Below, piece after piece: positions 13,435 through 26,332 of a DNA stretch of 64,000 bases. The stretch is from Podarcis pityusensis. Its lineage: Eukaryota. Where the stretch lies: NCBI GenBank assembly GCA_964106645.2, contig OZ067038.1; one strand, written 5' to 3'. The position numbers and the translations under genes are program-made. A model generated the notes under the pieces. It was not told where the DNA came from and made no database searches. It saw only the letters and a list, made by a program, of their open reading frames with translations. Every line of letters begins with the position of its first letter. Position 1 is the first letter of the stretch.

Positions 13435-16176
13435 TAATACATATTATTAATATTTGCATACACACACTTTTTTTTTGGTAAATGTAATCTTCCTCCATAA
13501 CCCTATCTGATCACTGAGGTCATTAGACAAGGCCCACATGTTTCTCATATTTGTCCTATCATTACTTGGAGCAGGGTATTTAACAATAAAACTCCATCTT
13601 TATGGAACATTCTTCCTCCTGAAATTAGATAGGTACCAACTGCAGTTTGTTTTTGTTTATCTAGGCATTCCTAGGTTGTTAATATCAGCTTTGTAGGCCA
13701 CCAGCCTTTGTGTAAGTTGTTGAACTGTATTTTAAACATTTGTTAATTTTATATTTCATTTTATAATACACTGATTTGAGCATTTTGAATATGAAATGAC
13801 TTATAAATACAATAAATTACATTTATAAAATACTGACTCTTACTATAGAGATGCAATATTACAGCCAAAGTTAAGAGATTTCATTTTGCATAAAGATCTA
13901 TAGTGACTCATTTTTACGGCTGCCATGCCCCTTGTTTTTCCAGAGATCACATGCAGATTTATCAGATTTTTATAGGTGTGTGTTAGAATAAATTATTTCT
14001 ACATCGTTTTGTTTTAAACACTGATGCTTCTTCTGTTCTCTCTTTCTGTTGGTCCTAGTTTTTCATATAAGTGCTGGGTTCATAAGGGCAGTTCCATTGA
14101 AGCATCAAATTAATTGCTTGGAATATCTCTGCTAACTTCAGTAGCTCTTCTAAACAAATCTGTACTTATGGGGTTATAGCTTGCCTCCATTAGCCCTTCA
14201 ATCTTAGCTCCTCAGAAAATAGGCCTTTTTGGATATTTCCTCATAACCTGAGATTTTATTTGCAGTGTGATCCAAAATACAAGTCGTGGGTTTGCAGGCA
14301 TCCTCCCATGTTCTCTTTAACCACGGGTAGAAGATAAAGGGGATAATTCATTCTATCCAAAGTTGTGCATGTAAAAAGCTTAATAGTCAAGTTACATGCA
14401 ATTTGTATGTATCTTGGGGTTTTTTAATGTTTTTTTTACTGTCTACAGTAAACCACTTAGAGAACTTTTGTAGTCGTAAGGCATATAATTTTTAAAAATA
14501 AAAACAAACACCCTATGTTATTTTATCTTGTAAGAATAATCTGGCATTTAAGACTACAGTTCTTGGAGTTGGATATAAACAGAGCTCCATACAGGAAGCT
14601 TCTTGTTTCTTAAACAAGCGTTCCCTCATGAATGATTAATGCTTTGTCGCTATCATTCTCATGCTCTAATGACAATAATTTCAAAAAATATATATATTAT
14701 TTTTTCTTTCAAAATGAATTTTAAAAGGCCCAGATAGTTGCCACAAAGAACCTTAATTATTTCTCCAAAGATTAATTACAGGAGCACCAATAGCAACATA
14801 TGCTGTAAACACTGAACTTGAAAACAGCATAGTACCACTGTTGAGTTGGAATCGTAGGCTCCAGCATTTTCTCTCACCCTGGAGACTTCCTACCTAGTCA
14901 TAGTCATAAACTCCTCAGACTTCAAAACGTATATTGGTAGCATGAATGCAGTAGCTTAACAAAATATTGAGCAAACCAAAGAATGCTTGTTTAATAAGGT
15001 GGAAGTATATTACTCAATTTGAATCTGTGCAAACTGCAAATCATAATGAGTATAGAAGAACCCACTAATGTTTTTGATTGGGTACGGGCAAGCCTGTGCT
15101 TGTCTGTTTCTAGAGAATATATTACTGGGCTTTTCAAGGCAGCATGTAATGACCTCTCCGGCAAACCCCAAAGTGTCATGCTTCATTATTATTTTGTTTT
15201 AGAGAGTTCAGTAATACCTTGGTCTCAGATCAGCTGTTAAAAGCATTGCCAACCTTTGCAGGTTCTTTATTCCAAGCCCAAACCTAACAATTTGTATATT
15301 CCAACATTCCTTCTAAATTACCATCCATTAATATGTGTCATTCCTTAGAAACAAGAAACAAGAATTCAAATAGTTATGTGTCTGCATGTGGAATAACAGC
15401 TCTTGTCGTATAGGATTTTGTTGTAGCAGCTCCTACTGTCAAAGAGACAAGCTGCTGTTTGGCTTCTAAAAGCGATTCTATCTTTTTAGTGATAGAAACT
15501 GTGGCACCAGAACAGGCAGAAAACCCTCTGTCCTTCAAAAAACAGCAAATCTCAGTTGAGGCTGTGGCTCTCCCTTGTGCAGATCTGATATTACTTTGGA
15601 TCCTGGCCAGAAACAGTTACATGCATTTATTTAACTTCCATTTGAAACAAATACTCATGTTAAAAGTTTAACTATTGTCATGTGAAAATTGTCTGCTTTG
15701 CTTAAGGCCATTTTAAGATTGTATTTTACATAACTGCACCAAAATTAAAATTTTGGGTGACAGAATAGGACTTGTATCCAATGTTGGTCCTACTCAGGGT
15801 TGTCTCATTGAAAATAATGAACATGTCTACTTTGGGTCTATTAATTTCAGTAGGTCTGATCTGAGTATAACTTAGACAGATACATCCTTACTAAAAGGAT
15901 TAATCATCTTCTATACCTAGTTATAGTCCCCTACTTGTACCCTTTGGAAATGTGTGTTTCATTTTGGATGTGTTTCTAGCAAAATATAAAGTACATCAAA
16001 ATATGTAATTGATGGCTATATGTTTGGGCAGCTTTGGATATGGAAACCTAAACAACTTTCAGGAAAGTTTTTCAAATTACAGCTCAAGTCCATGTTTCTA
16101 GACTTTAATCAGATTTTTGCATGTATTTAGTAGAAATTATCAGATATATTTTATTTATTGCTTTTAAATGTTCTAG

Positions 16177-16251
16177 GCGTTAATTCATGGATTAAATAGA
16201 CATTACTACTCCATTACCATCAACTACAGGAAGAATGAACTAGAACAGAAG
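16177..16251 (+). CDS. PSMD14: PSMD14 internal exon, 75 nt
   Basis: ttctag|GCG...AAG|gtaagt. Encodes ALIHGLNRHYYSITINYRKNELEQK. Confidence 0.98.
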
Positions 16252-18612
16252 GTAAGTTTTGTTCCTAGCGTATTTTCAATTGTTTGGGGTATTATTTTAA
16301 AAAATGCTTGCAAATGGCTTAAATTGACTTACAGCATGCTGCAGTGTTGTGATAAGAATTTTAATTTCTAATATCTTTTGTTGTCATTTATGTCATTCTC
16401 CCCCCCCCCCCTTTACGTCATATGGTGAATGCATTACCTTGCCCAAATGAACCTCAGCCTGAACTTCATTGTGGAATTCTACATTTCTTCCAGAAGGCAC
16501 CTGCATGCCTAACTAGTGAATGCTAAATAAGTTTTTGGTGAAAATCAGTCTGTCTTAAGTCAATAATTTAGGAACATCTTTGTTTAAATGATGAAGGAAA
16601 TGTGGCTATTTTTAAACCCACATATTTCTAAATGCTATTTTCCATTTCTTTGGTCCTGCATGTAGAGAATGAGGTATTCCCTAAGGTGTAGAACTTTTAT
16701 AGATTACCACCAGTATCTTGAATTGTCTTTGAAAACAAGCAGATTGTGTAGTTGCTACAGTACAGAATGAATATATTTATGCCTTCCACTACCTGAGAGT
16801 GGCATGGTATAACATTCTGCAGTGGCGGAATATTCCAAAGAAATTTTCAGGACAGTCATATGTAAACTCTATTCCAAAATCAGTCCTCAGGTTTACAAAA
16901 TCATGAATGATGATGTCAAGGTCCTTGTTTCATGAAAACTTAAGTTTTGTATGATCCAATTAGAATTTTTCCTTAAACTTGCTGAGGTAATATTGAGAGG
17001 CACACTTAAGTCGTTCAAAGCTGAACGTAAGAATAACTGCTGGCAAGTTAATAATTCCTTGTTGTACATCATACTCTTTTGTTGTTGTTGTTTCATTACA
17101 ACCAAAACCTTTTCTGTGCTTCAAATGATACAATAAAAAAGTTGTTCTAGAATTCTATATACTGGTTTCTATATACTGCTAGTTTCCTTTCTGCCTTACA
17201 AAGTCTACTAATTTCCCCCAAATGCAGAATGTTATTGTATGGTATGACAGCAATAATAGATTCCACTTGGCTTGTTCATCACTGTCGGTAAATGTTTTTT
17301 AGTAGAATCTAGTTGGTGCCCTTGCAGTCACAGAAGAGCTTTGATCCAATTGATGCTTTCACAAACAGAAGAGACTGGGATTTTTGCTGATTTGCCCTTC
17401 CACCAAGTTCTAGAGAGTCCCTCAGCTTTCTGGAGCCAATTTTCAGTGTAAGGGGATGCTGAGGACTGCAGGAGGGAATGGTTTGTTCTGTTATTAGAAG
17501 CATCTACTGGATCAAAAGCACCAGGGAGCCAACTAGATTCTGCCCTTTAAGACAGCCTCTTTCTATGTCAAGTAACTCCCATGCTAGTTATTGGAGGGTA
17601 TAGAAATTAAATAAAGGCTGTATTCAAACATTACAGTTACATAGTTTTATTGACAAACAGAATCTATCCTTTGTCTTGCTTGGAACCACCTCATTAAAAG
17701 TGTGCAAGAACCAGATGACAAACTCTTTGCCAATTCAAAAAATTTAAAAAAGGAGAAATGAAATACTTTTGTGTTAGTGTTGGACCTTCTGTAATAGACC
17801 TGTGCTTTCAAGACATTAAGAAACCTACAAATGAATGGTTCCTTTGGATCTTAGTTCCTGCAGAAAACCCTTTTTTTCTCTCTCTCTGCTCTACATTTTG
17901 GAGTCTAGGCCTTAGAACTAACCTGAGGAGATTGTATTTTTGTTCATTACACTGCGAGCACTTTTGTAAAGGCGAGAACAGTAATTGCCAAGTGTGACAC
18001 AGAAGAGATTTTAGGATTCAGGGCTATTTCCATTAACATGTGAAGTCTTCACCTAGTGCGCAGGCATCCATTTCAGTCCAGTGTCCTTCTCTGCACATTC
18101 ATGACTTCATTCTCATGACTGGGAATCGGACCTCTGCAATTCTGACACCAATTATGTATTGGAAGCTGATAGTCTGGCAGAATGCCTGAAACCACATGAT
18201 CACAAACCATTTTTAGCACTCAATTGGGTCTTTATAAATCCCCCTGTGAGGGTGGGTTCAAGTTTTACAATTATCTTTTAGAGCAAACAATTTCTCTCTC
18301 ATCAGATGATCTCCAATGGATACTCAACTCTGGGGTGAGGAGTCAACTTACAAAACAGAAAAATGATCTGTGATAGCCCCAGTTAATTCAGACTTGGCAG
18401 CAGTGTTCTAAGCACTTTCCGTCACCAAAAACTTTCCTGTCTCTTGCCATGTGTTGCTTCAAATCCTGATAGACATAGAAAATCTGCATGATTCTTCACA
18501 GTTCAAAGTTTATTGCATAACTGAGGCCACAATTACTAATACCCAAACTCCTGCTCTCACCTAGAGTAAGCACTTCCACAATCAGTAATACTTTGTTGAC
18601 TTTCCTCACCAG

Positions 18613-18738
18613 ATGTTGCTCAATTTACATAAGAAGAGTTGGATGGAAGGTTTAACCCTTCAAGACTACAGTGAGCACTGCAAACTCAACGAGACAGTAG
18701 TGAAGGAAATGCTGGAATTAGCAAAGAACTACAACAAG
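18613..18738 (+). CDS. PSMD14: PSMD14 internal exon, 126 nt
   Basis: caccag|ATG...AAG|gtacca. Encodes [42 protein letters not shown]. Confidence 0.98.
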
Positions 18739-19496
18739 GTACCACAGTATGCCATTGCTTGAGCTGGGGTGCCCCAGACTTGTTTTTGCCTTTGGAATTC
18801 CAGATTCAGATATCCAGTCTACATGTACTGGTAGGATAGCTGTTCATCCTTTAAAAAACAAAGAATAAAAATCAGGGCACTTAGTACTGGAATTGGGGGC
18901 CAAAAACCCCAAACTGAAATGGCATTGTTGAACATTAAAAGTGTCTAAGAAGTGAGCATGAAATTGCCAGCCCTGCTGGCATCTGCTTTCTTTTTTAAAA
19001 AGGTAGAAAAGTGCACAACATAGACAGGCTTAGCCTTTATAATATATATAAACATGTTGCAAACCTAGCGAGAGAGAAGGGCTTATCCCATCAGAAGCAA
19101 GATCCAATGATACTTGCGTGTTCCTTGCTAGTTGTGCCACTTCCTTCCATCCTCCGGTTGTCTCCCCCTCTATCAGAAGTTAGGCCCCTGCCCTGAAGAG
19201 TGTTTCCTTTTTCATGTCAGTCTGTGAAGGGTGGTGTACATTGTTAGCACCACAGATATAAATGCTACACTTCACAGACCACTTACAGTGGCAATGAAAG
19301 CACTGTTATACGGGGTGGGGGGTGGAGATGTGGGCCTTGACTGTTTCCCTAGCACAGCTTCCTTTTTCATTGGGTATGTAGTGATTAAAATGATGCTGTC
19401 ACTTCAGCTTCAGCCTTATAAAAGAACATTTAATTTTGGGGGGCTCCTGATTTAATAAGATCTCAAATGCTAACCTTTTCTGCATACCCTTCACAG

Positions 19497-19559
19497 GCTG
19501 TGGAGGAAGAAGATAAGATGACACCTGAACAGCTGGCAATAAAAAATGTTGGCAAGCAG
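19497..19559 (+). CDS. PSMD14: PSMD14 penultimate exon, 63 nt
   Basis: tcacag|GCT...CAG|gtgagg. Encodes [21 protein letters not shown]. Confidence 0.98.
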
Positions 19560-20460
19560 GTGAGGTGTAATGAATTATACTGACGTGAAATAACATGTTT
19601 TGTGTATTTTTGTTTAGTCACATGCTGATGATTTTTCCTTTCTCCTTAACTCCTTACAAATGGTGCACTTATTTCCACTGAAACAAATTATTTGAAGTCT
19701 TTGACTTTGAGATAGTCTCAACAGTGGGGCATAAAATTGTCATTTGGCATCTGCCACTGTTTCATTTGGTATTTTTCTACCTAAATAAACCATCTGGCAT
19801 CCTATCCTTAAAAACAGTGGGTTTTCCCTAGTATTCCTGCACTTGGGCACCAAAGCCAAGAGAACAAGAATATCCATATAAAATTCTGTCATCAACACAA
19901 AAATTCAGCCATTACCAATGCTCAAAGCCCATGTCCTTTGGATTTTAGGACGGTAAATTTGGATTGTTACTATGAAACCTAATCCTTGAACCCCAGAGTA
20001 CTACTTGACTTGTTCCTTGTGCCATAGAGAGCTGGGAACGCCTTCTTTTTCAAATGACAATCCCCTGTGCCAAAGGGCATTCCAGGGGGGGAGGTATTCA
20101 TAATCTGTTTCCATTTACTTGGAAGTAAAGTTGCCAGGTTGCCTGCCAAATAACCCCCCAGGGACCTTAAAATCCATGATGAGGGAGTGAGTTATCCTGC
20201 AGGCCTTCTTCCATTGTACACCCCACCCAGCTGCATCATGTGGCAAGCTAAAGGTATAATAACATGGTAACTAATATGGGGATGATTTAATATTGTCCTA
20301 CCTTACAAGGTAGTGGATGTAAGGGCAGCACTATTTGAATATTACCAGGTGCTATGCAAATACCCAATATTGAGTCTCGTGGCAAGGACTTGGACATGAG
20401 TTTCAGTGAACAGGGTGCATATCCAGGCGTTTCTAGAAATGGCTGTGTAGGAAAGTCAGG

Positions 20461-20745
20461 CAGGGCTTTTTTTCAGCTGGAAGTCACTGGAACTGAGTTC
20501 CGGCACCTCTTTGTTGCATTTCAGCACCTCATTGGTGCATTCCAGCAGATGTGTAGTTTTGCAGTGCCATCCCCCTGCATGGTGCTCCGGGCTGCAGGCA
20601 GCAGGGTGATTTTGGCGGTGAAGGTTTTTATGTTATCCCTGTGGCATTGGGTCAAGCGGGCAAACATGGGGGGGGGGACACACTCAACAACTCACCCCGC
20701 TTAAAAAGGGGGAGTTCCAGCACCTCTTTCTAGAAAAAAATCTTC
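20461..20745. mobile_element. hAT-like non-autonomous element
   Basis: Left end CAGGGCTTTTTTT and degenerate right end AGAAAAAAATCTTC. The motif gagttcc(g/a)gcacctct is repeated near both ends. Confidence 0.6.
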
Positions 20746-23676
20746 ATCAATCCGAAAGGGCATTTTTGTTGAAGGGAGGAAACAAACTATTCTGATACTC
20801 CAGAATGTGGGGGGTTGAAGCTTTTTACAAACCAACCAACAAACCCCTTTTGTTTGAAGAAAGAGACAGTACTGAGGTTTACTATGGGTTGTGCCCAGCA
20901 CCGATCAAGCAGATTTCTGCTCAGAATGTCCCTTTCTTTTCCTCCACCCTGTACCCCCCCAACAAACCTGATTTGGAGGGTCAAACCCTCTGGAGCAGAT
21001 TTTGAAAAGACTACTAAGGGTGGAGCTACAGGCAGAGGAAAGGAAAGTTCTGCTGCACATGCAGAAATCTGTGAAAATGGAACTGCAGCATTGCATGCAG
21101 CTATTTACTTATAAATGGTTATAGCCATGGAACAGAATACGTTCCCTTATCATGTCATTTAAAAATTTTGCTGCCTGAGCAAGTACATCTACATCTATAG
21201 CAGGTATGCAGGGTAGAAATGAAGTTTAGGAAGGATGAGCTAGTTATCTCAGCTACAGATCTTTTACTATCTGTCATCTTGCTTGGATCCAGTTGCCTTG
21301 AATTGTGGTTACCTGAAGAATTGCCTTCTCCCATCCACACTTGCATTGATCTTGTTTGGAGGCCTTCAGATTCCCTCTTCTAATGTAGAGAGGCAGGCTA
21401 AAGAAGGTCTTTTTGCAGTGGTGATGCAGTGGAAGACTTGACAGGTGCCCATCCTGAGGTCTTTATAGCCTTGGGAGAAGGGGGCCTCTTAATTACAATC
21501 TAATAGGTGCTTCAGATATGAAATGCAGTTTCCTCTTGCTGGGTTTTAAATCCTGTTTTAAATTGTTTTGGCTGCTTTTTATGCCAATTTCAAGTTGGGG
21601 GGGTGGGGTTGCTAGGCTTTTTGCCTTTGTGATTTATTGTGTTTGGATTTAGTGGTTTTAATTGCAAATTGTAATTTGTGTTGTTTTTAAATTAAACTAC
21701 CCAGGGGACTTAGTTGGATGGGCAGTATACAAATGTAATAAACCTAAGTTGCAGCTTTGGACAACAGGAGAGGCTGAGAAGACAAAGTCTTGTTCTGGCT
21801 GTGTCATTGGGTTTGCTTATTAACCAGGTTCATCTTGGAAAGCATAACTAATCTTGGCAAAAGATAATCCTCCTTTGTCCAACTGTGCAGTTTCTTAATG
21901 GAGGCACATGAAACAGTCAAAGAGTGGACAAAAATAATGTTTAATTCAGTAGCAAACTATGGATATGCTACTTGTTTGCAAATCAAAATTTTCTAAAAAG
22001 AGCATTTTAGCATCAGGGTTTTCCCCCCCACTTCACTATCCCTCACCCCCAATCTGTATTTTATGGTTTGTTTTCATTTATTTAATTGGAAAGCACTTTT
22101 GATTTGAGTGAGGATATCTTAAAATAACATGGGATGGAGTCCCAGTTCCATTGGAAGCAAATGGCAAAGCTCCCATTGATGTCAATGGAGCCCAGAATTC
22201 ATTAATGAACTTGATAAATGAATAAGAACAAGACAGTGTTATGATGGATTGTTGAAATTCACTATTAATTTTCAATGCAATGCATACCCAGATATTTAGA
22301 TAAGTATCTTTTTCAACAGGGTGACATGATTATGGTTTAATAACAACATTGCATTTTGCAGTGTGGTACTGTACATGCCTACTCATTGAGTTCAGTGGGG
22401 CTTACTCCTAGGTAAAGGGCTATGCGATTGTGATTGTGATCTGATGCAGCCTGCTAGTGTTGCAGTTGGATTAAGGGTCAGACTACTTTTGACACGGCTC
22501 ATCAGTTCTTTCCCCCAACAAATTGCGCTTTCAGTCTCAGTAGCTACAAGAAGATGGGGTGGAGCGTATGTGGGGCGCCTTTATTCTCTCGCTGCAGATG
22601 AGAAAGCACCTTGTTAGCGTGGCTTTCAACAGACAAATTGTAGGAATTGTGTTGAGCAACCCATTATCCTCTAACCACTCTTCCCGCTCTTAATTGCAGC
22701 CTCTGAGGCTGTTTTGCACTTTAAAAAACAAAAAAAAACCTTGCTTATTTGGCTATGGCTATTTTCATGCTGATCTGTTGCAACTATTATTACTATGATT
22801 TATTTATTAAAATTGTATACTGCCCTATATCCGCAGGTCAACGAGCACAGTCAGCATGGGGGAGCATAGTCTTGAATAGCAAATGTTGTCCTAGTAGGTC
22901 CCTATATAGTAACTCCCTGCCACTACCTCTTATTTAACTGCCCTAAAGCAATCACAAGGGGGAACTGCTGTGTTGGAACAGGTTTTGAATGGGGTGCCCT
23001 TTAATATGAAAAAGCAGCACCATACAAGGCCACAGTCCTGTGTTTATGGGCAGTGTGGGTCTGATTCAAAACAGTTGCAGACAATTAATGTTCACGCTGC
23101 TGAAGATCTCCCCTGGCACTTCATGGTGGTAGGCAGGTCTGAAATTTAATAAGTGAAGAAGAAGATGATGATGATAATCCCCAGTCAAGAATCCTCTGCA
23201 CATTCCAGTGTTGTCACAGAGCTTTCTGTGCAATGTAGTCCCCCCCCCCCAAATCACCTGGATTGCACACAAGGAGCTGCCCAAGCCAGTACAAGGAGTG
23301 GGAAAGCTATTGCACGTGTGAAGGGCTTCATTTATCCATCATTGTCCTCCACTCCTATAGCCACAAGAATTGCCCATCAATGTCAGGATATTAAGGGGGA
23401 AAGAAGTATGTCTCTTATTGTTAGGTCCTCATTTGTTCAAAATGCCACTTTCAGGACAATAACATGCTTAGTTTGTATGAACACTGTGCAGCCTCAATCT
23501 AACGCTTAAGGTTTTTTAATTACAAACTACTTCAAATAGCTTGCATAAGAGAACCCTGAGTTTTAATTGCTTATTGATGCCATCAGTTCTGCCGTGGAAT
23601 AGAAACACAGAACAAATAATTGCAAACGTGATGTTCCGATAAGGTCTACGAATAATATTTTCTACTTGTATTTTAG

Positions 23677-23775
<99 letters not shown>

Positions 23776-25939
23776 TGACTTGCTTGTAAATGCTGTTCCC
23801 AGTCTCTGATCATCCATTGTTTCAAGCACTGAGACTAAGATATGTTTGGGTGTCAAAGACATCATTTGCAGTCTAAGAGCATCTCTCTAACACCTTTTCA
23901 TCTCAGTTTATGCAATTACTTTGGATATGTTTTTATGTCAGGGTCTTTGCAAATTCCAGAGCAATTCTGGAACTGAGTTAAAAATGTGGTTGGGGTTTGG
24001 TGTGGTTTTTCATTTAATATTTGGAAGAAAATCAGCAGTATATATATTTTGATTATTGCCATATAGGTGTTTTTTTTAATAACTGTAGTGTTCTGCTTGT
24101 GTTGTTCATAAATTGGGGAGGGTATATTGTTGACAATATTGTACAAAGTTCAACAAGCAAAGAAATCTATTTCAGTAAGCTGATGGGACATGGAGACCTG
24201 TGGCATGTGGTCATTTGTTGTTGCGGCACATATCTCTTCTATGCATAGGCAGCACTAATGTGGTCTTATTGCTTTCGGTGTGAGGGAGGACTGAACCGCA
24301 GAAACTTTACAAGAGCTTGTCAGTTATATACCCAAAGCAATACTAGGGCACTTCTAAGCTCTTATCAGCACTGAGTTTGCTTCTGTCCTTTCCCACTCCC
24401 GTCTGAAATTATAACTTTTCAGGTCAGAGGAGTGTGGCTTCCAAGCAGACATGAGCCTGTGTATGTGGCCTTTGACCACCGGGCAGGGCAGTTCACCTTA
24501 TTAGAGAATGACTTCTTAAATTTGTGCAAAAGGTGGAAACAAGATACAATGGTATTGAAGAGAATTTGGATCGCCTAGCTTGACGAATGGCCCCTGCAAT
24601 GTGCTGATTAAAAACCTTGAAATTGGAGGCAGGTTTTTTTGAGAATGTATACAGTGGCCCAGTTAATTTGAGCTATCATTTTGAGCAAACAGGAGAGGGG
24701 CAATTTCACAGCAGCTAACCCGGACACCTTTATGGGATGTGTGCTGGAAAGGGGCAGTGGGAAAGCAAGATTTTGAAAGAAGCATGCTAAACCCATCAAA
24801 TGCTGCACAAAACAACTAATCTTCTAAAACCCTTGTGAGCTAATCATGAAACTGGCTCAAGCTTCCTGGCATAGCTGCTGTAAGCGATGGTGAGCGTCTG
24901 TTTCACTACAGCTCTGTAAAGTACAGAATTCAGTATCTCAGAAATGTTCATTTTCAGTCGCTTTCCCCCCTCCCAACTTTTTGTTCTTGCTCTTGGGACT
25001 GCAAAGAGCCTTGAAAGTGTATGTGAATTCAGAAAAAAGGGTAGTGTACGCAATGCCAGAGTAACAAACCTATTAAAAACAAACTTGCCATAAAATACAG
25101 TGATTCTTTGTCAACAAATTCTGCGAAACACCAAATCAAAAACATGCCTTCACAAATTCTTTTTGGGTTAAATCTTTTATTGTTATTATTTGTAAAAAAG
25201 AAACTGAAAAATACACATTTAATCAAACAAGGATTTGCACGTTAAAAACCATAAGAAAAGATGGAACCATCAAGACTCGTTCAAGAGAGATTTTTAACCT
25301 CTGAAAATAGTTTTGTAAACAATCTCTTGCTGATAGATTCGAAGGTGAATAAAGGAAGAGAAATTTACCAATAAAACAACCCCGATTTGTCTGTTTTCTT
25401 TCACTCTTAGATAATTTTTAACTTCAGCCACTACAGGAGAAGTCCACATCTTTGCTGCCCACTTTTTAAAAATGTGCTTGCTTCCAGTATCCGGTGCATA
25501 AAGTTCTGGTAACTACTGTCATTCATGCTGTCTTTGTATTCGCTCTTGAATATGCATTGGCAAAAGACAGCTAACATATAAAGTGTAATTGAATAACAGT
25601 AACTTCCCTGTCCCCTAGAATTGTTAGCTTTCTGTTTGAATTAAAAAATTCTTTTATTTTGTAGTCAGAATGCAAGCCGTTGGAGCACTACAGTTTTTAC
25701 ACCTCACCTAAAGTAGTAGAATCAGAATAAATGAATGTGAAACAAGCAATATTGATGCAGATTGCAAAACTTTGGCTATCTAGGCATAAGATGTGGGGTT
25801 TTTTTGTTTTTTGTTTTAAAAGCAATACACACAGCCTTGAAGATGTAAAGGATTTTTAATTAAATTGAAGACTGCAGCTGAAGAGGGCTGTTTTAATTGA
25901 TTGGGAGATAAAAAATATATACTGTACAAGCATTAAAAG

Positions 25940-26332
25940 GAACAGCTGAGGGAGTTGGGTATGTTTGGCCAGGAAAAGAGGAGATTGAGAGGAGATACAG
26001 CAGTCATCTTCAAATATCATCTAAAGGGCTATCACATGGAAGATGCAGCAAGCTTGTTCTCTCCTGCTCTGAAGGGTAGGACCCAAACCAATGGATTCAA
26101 GTTGCAAGAAAGGAGATTCCGACTAAACATCAGAAGAACTTTCTGACAGTAAGAGCTGTTTGACAGCGGAACAGACTCCCTTGGCAGGTTGTGGACTCTC
26201 CGTCCTTGGAGGTTTTTAAGCAGAGGTTGGATGACCATCTGTCATTGATGCTTTGGTCAGGATTCCTGCATTGCAGGGGTTGGACTAGATCACCCTAGGG
26301 GTCTCTTCCAGCGCTACAGTTCTAGGATTCTA
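25940..26332 (+). mobile_element. CR1 LINE 3' fragment
   Basis: Translation GMFGQEKRRLRGD...FRLNIRR. Closely similar to 3700-4057 and ends ttctaggattcta. Confidence 0.92.

Noticed and set aside
23776-25375. PSMD14 poly(A) site
   Set aside because: Only variant hexamers lie near the stop and the first AATAAA is about 1.6 kb away, so the site cannot be assigned from sequence alone.
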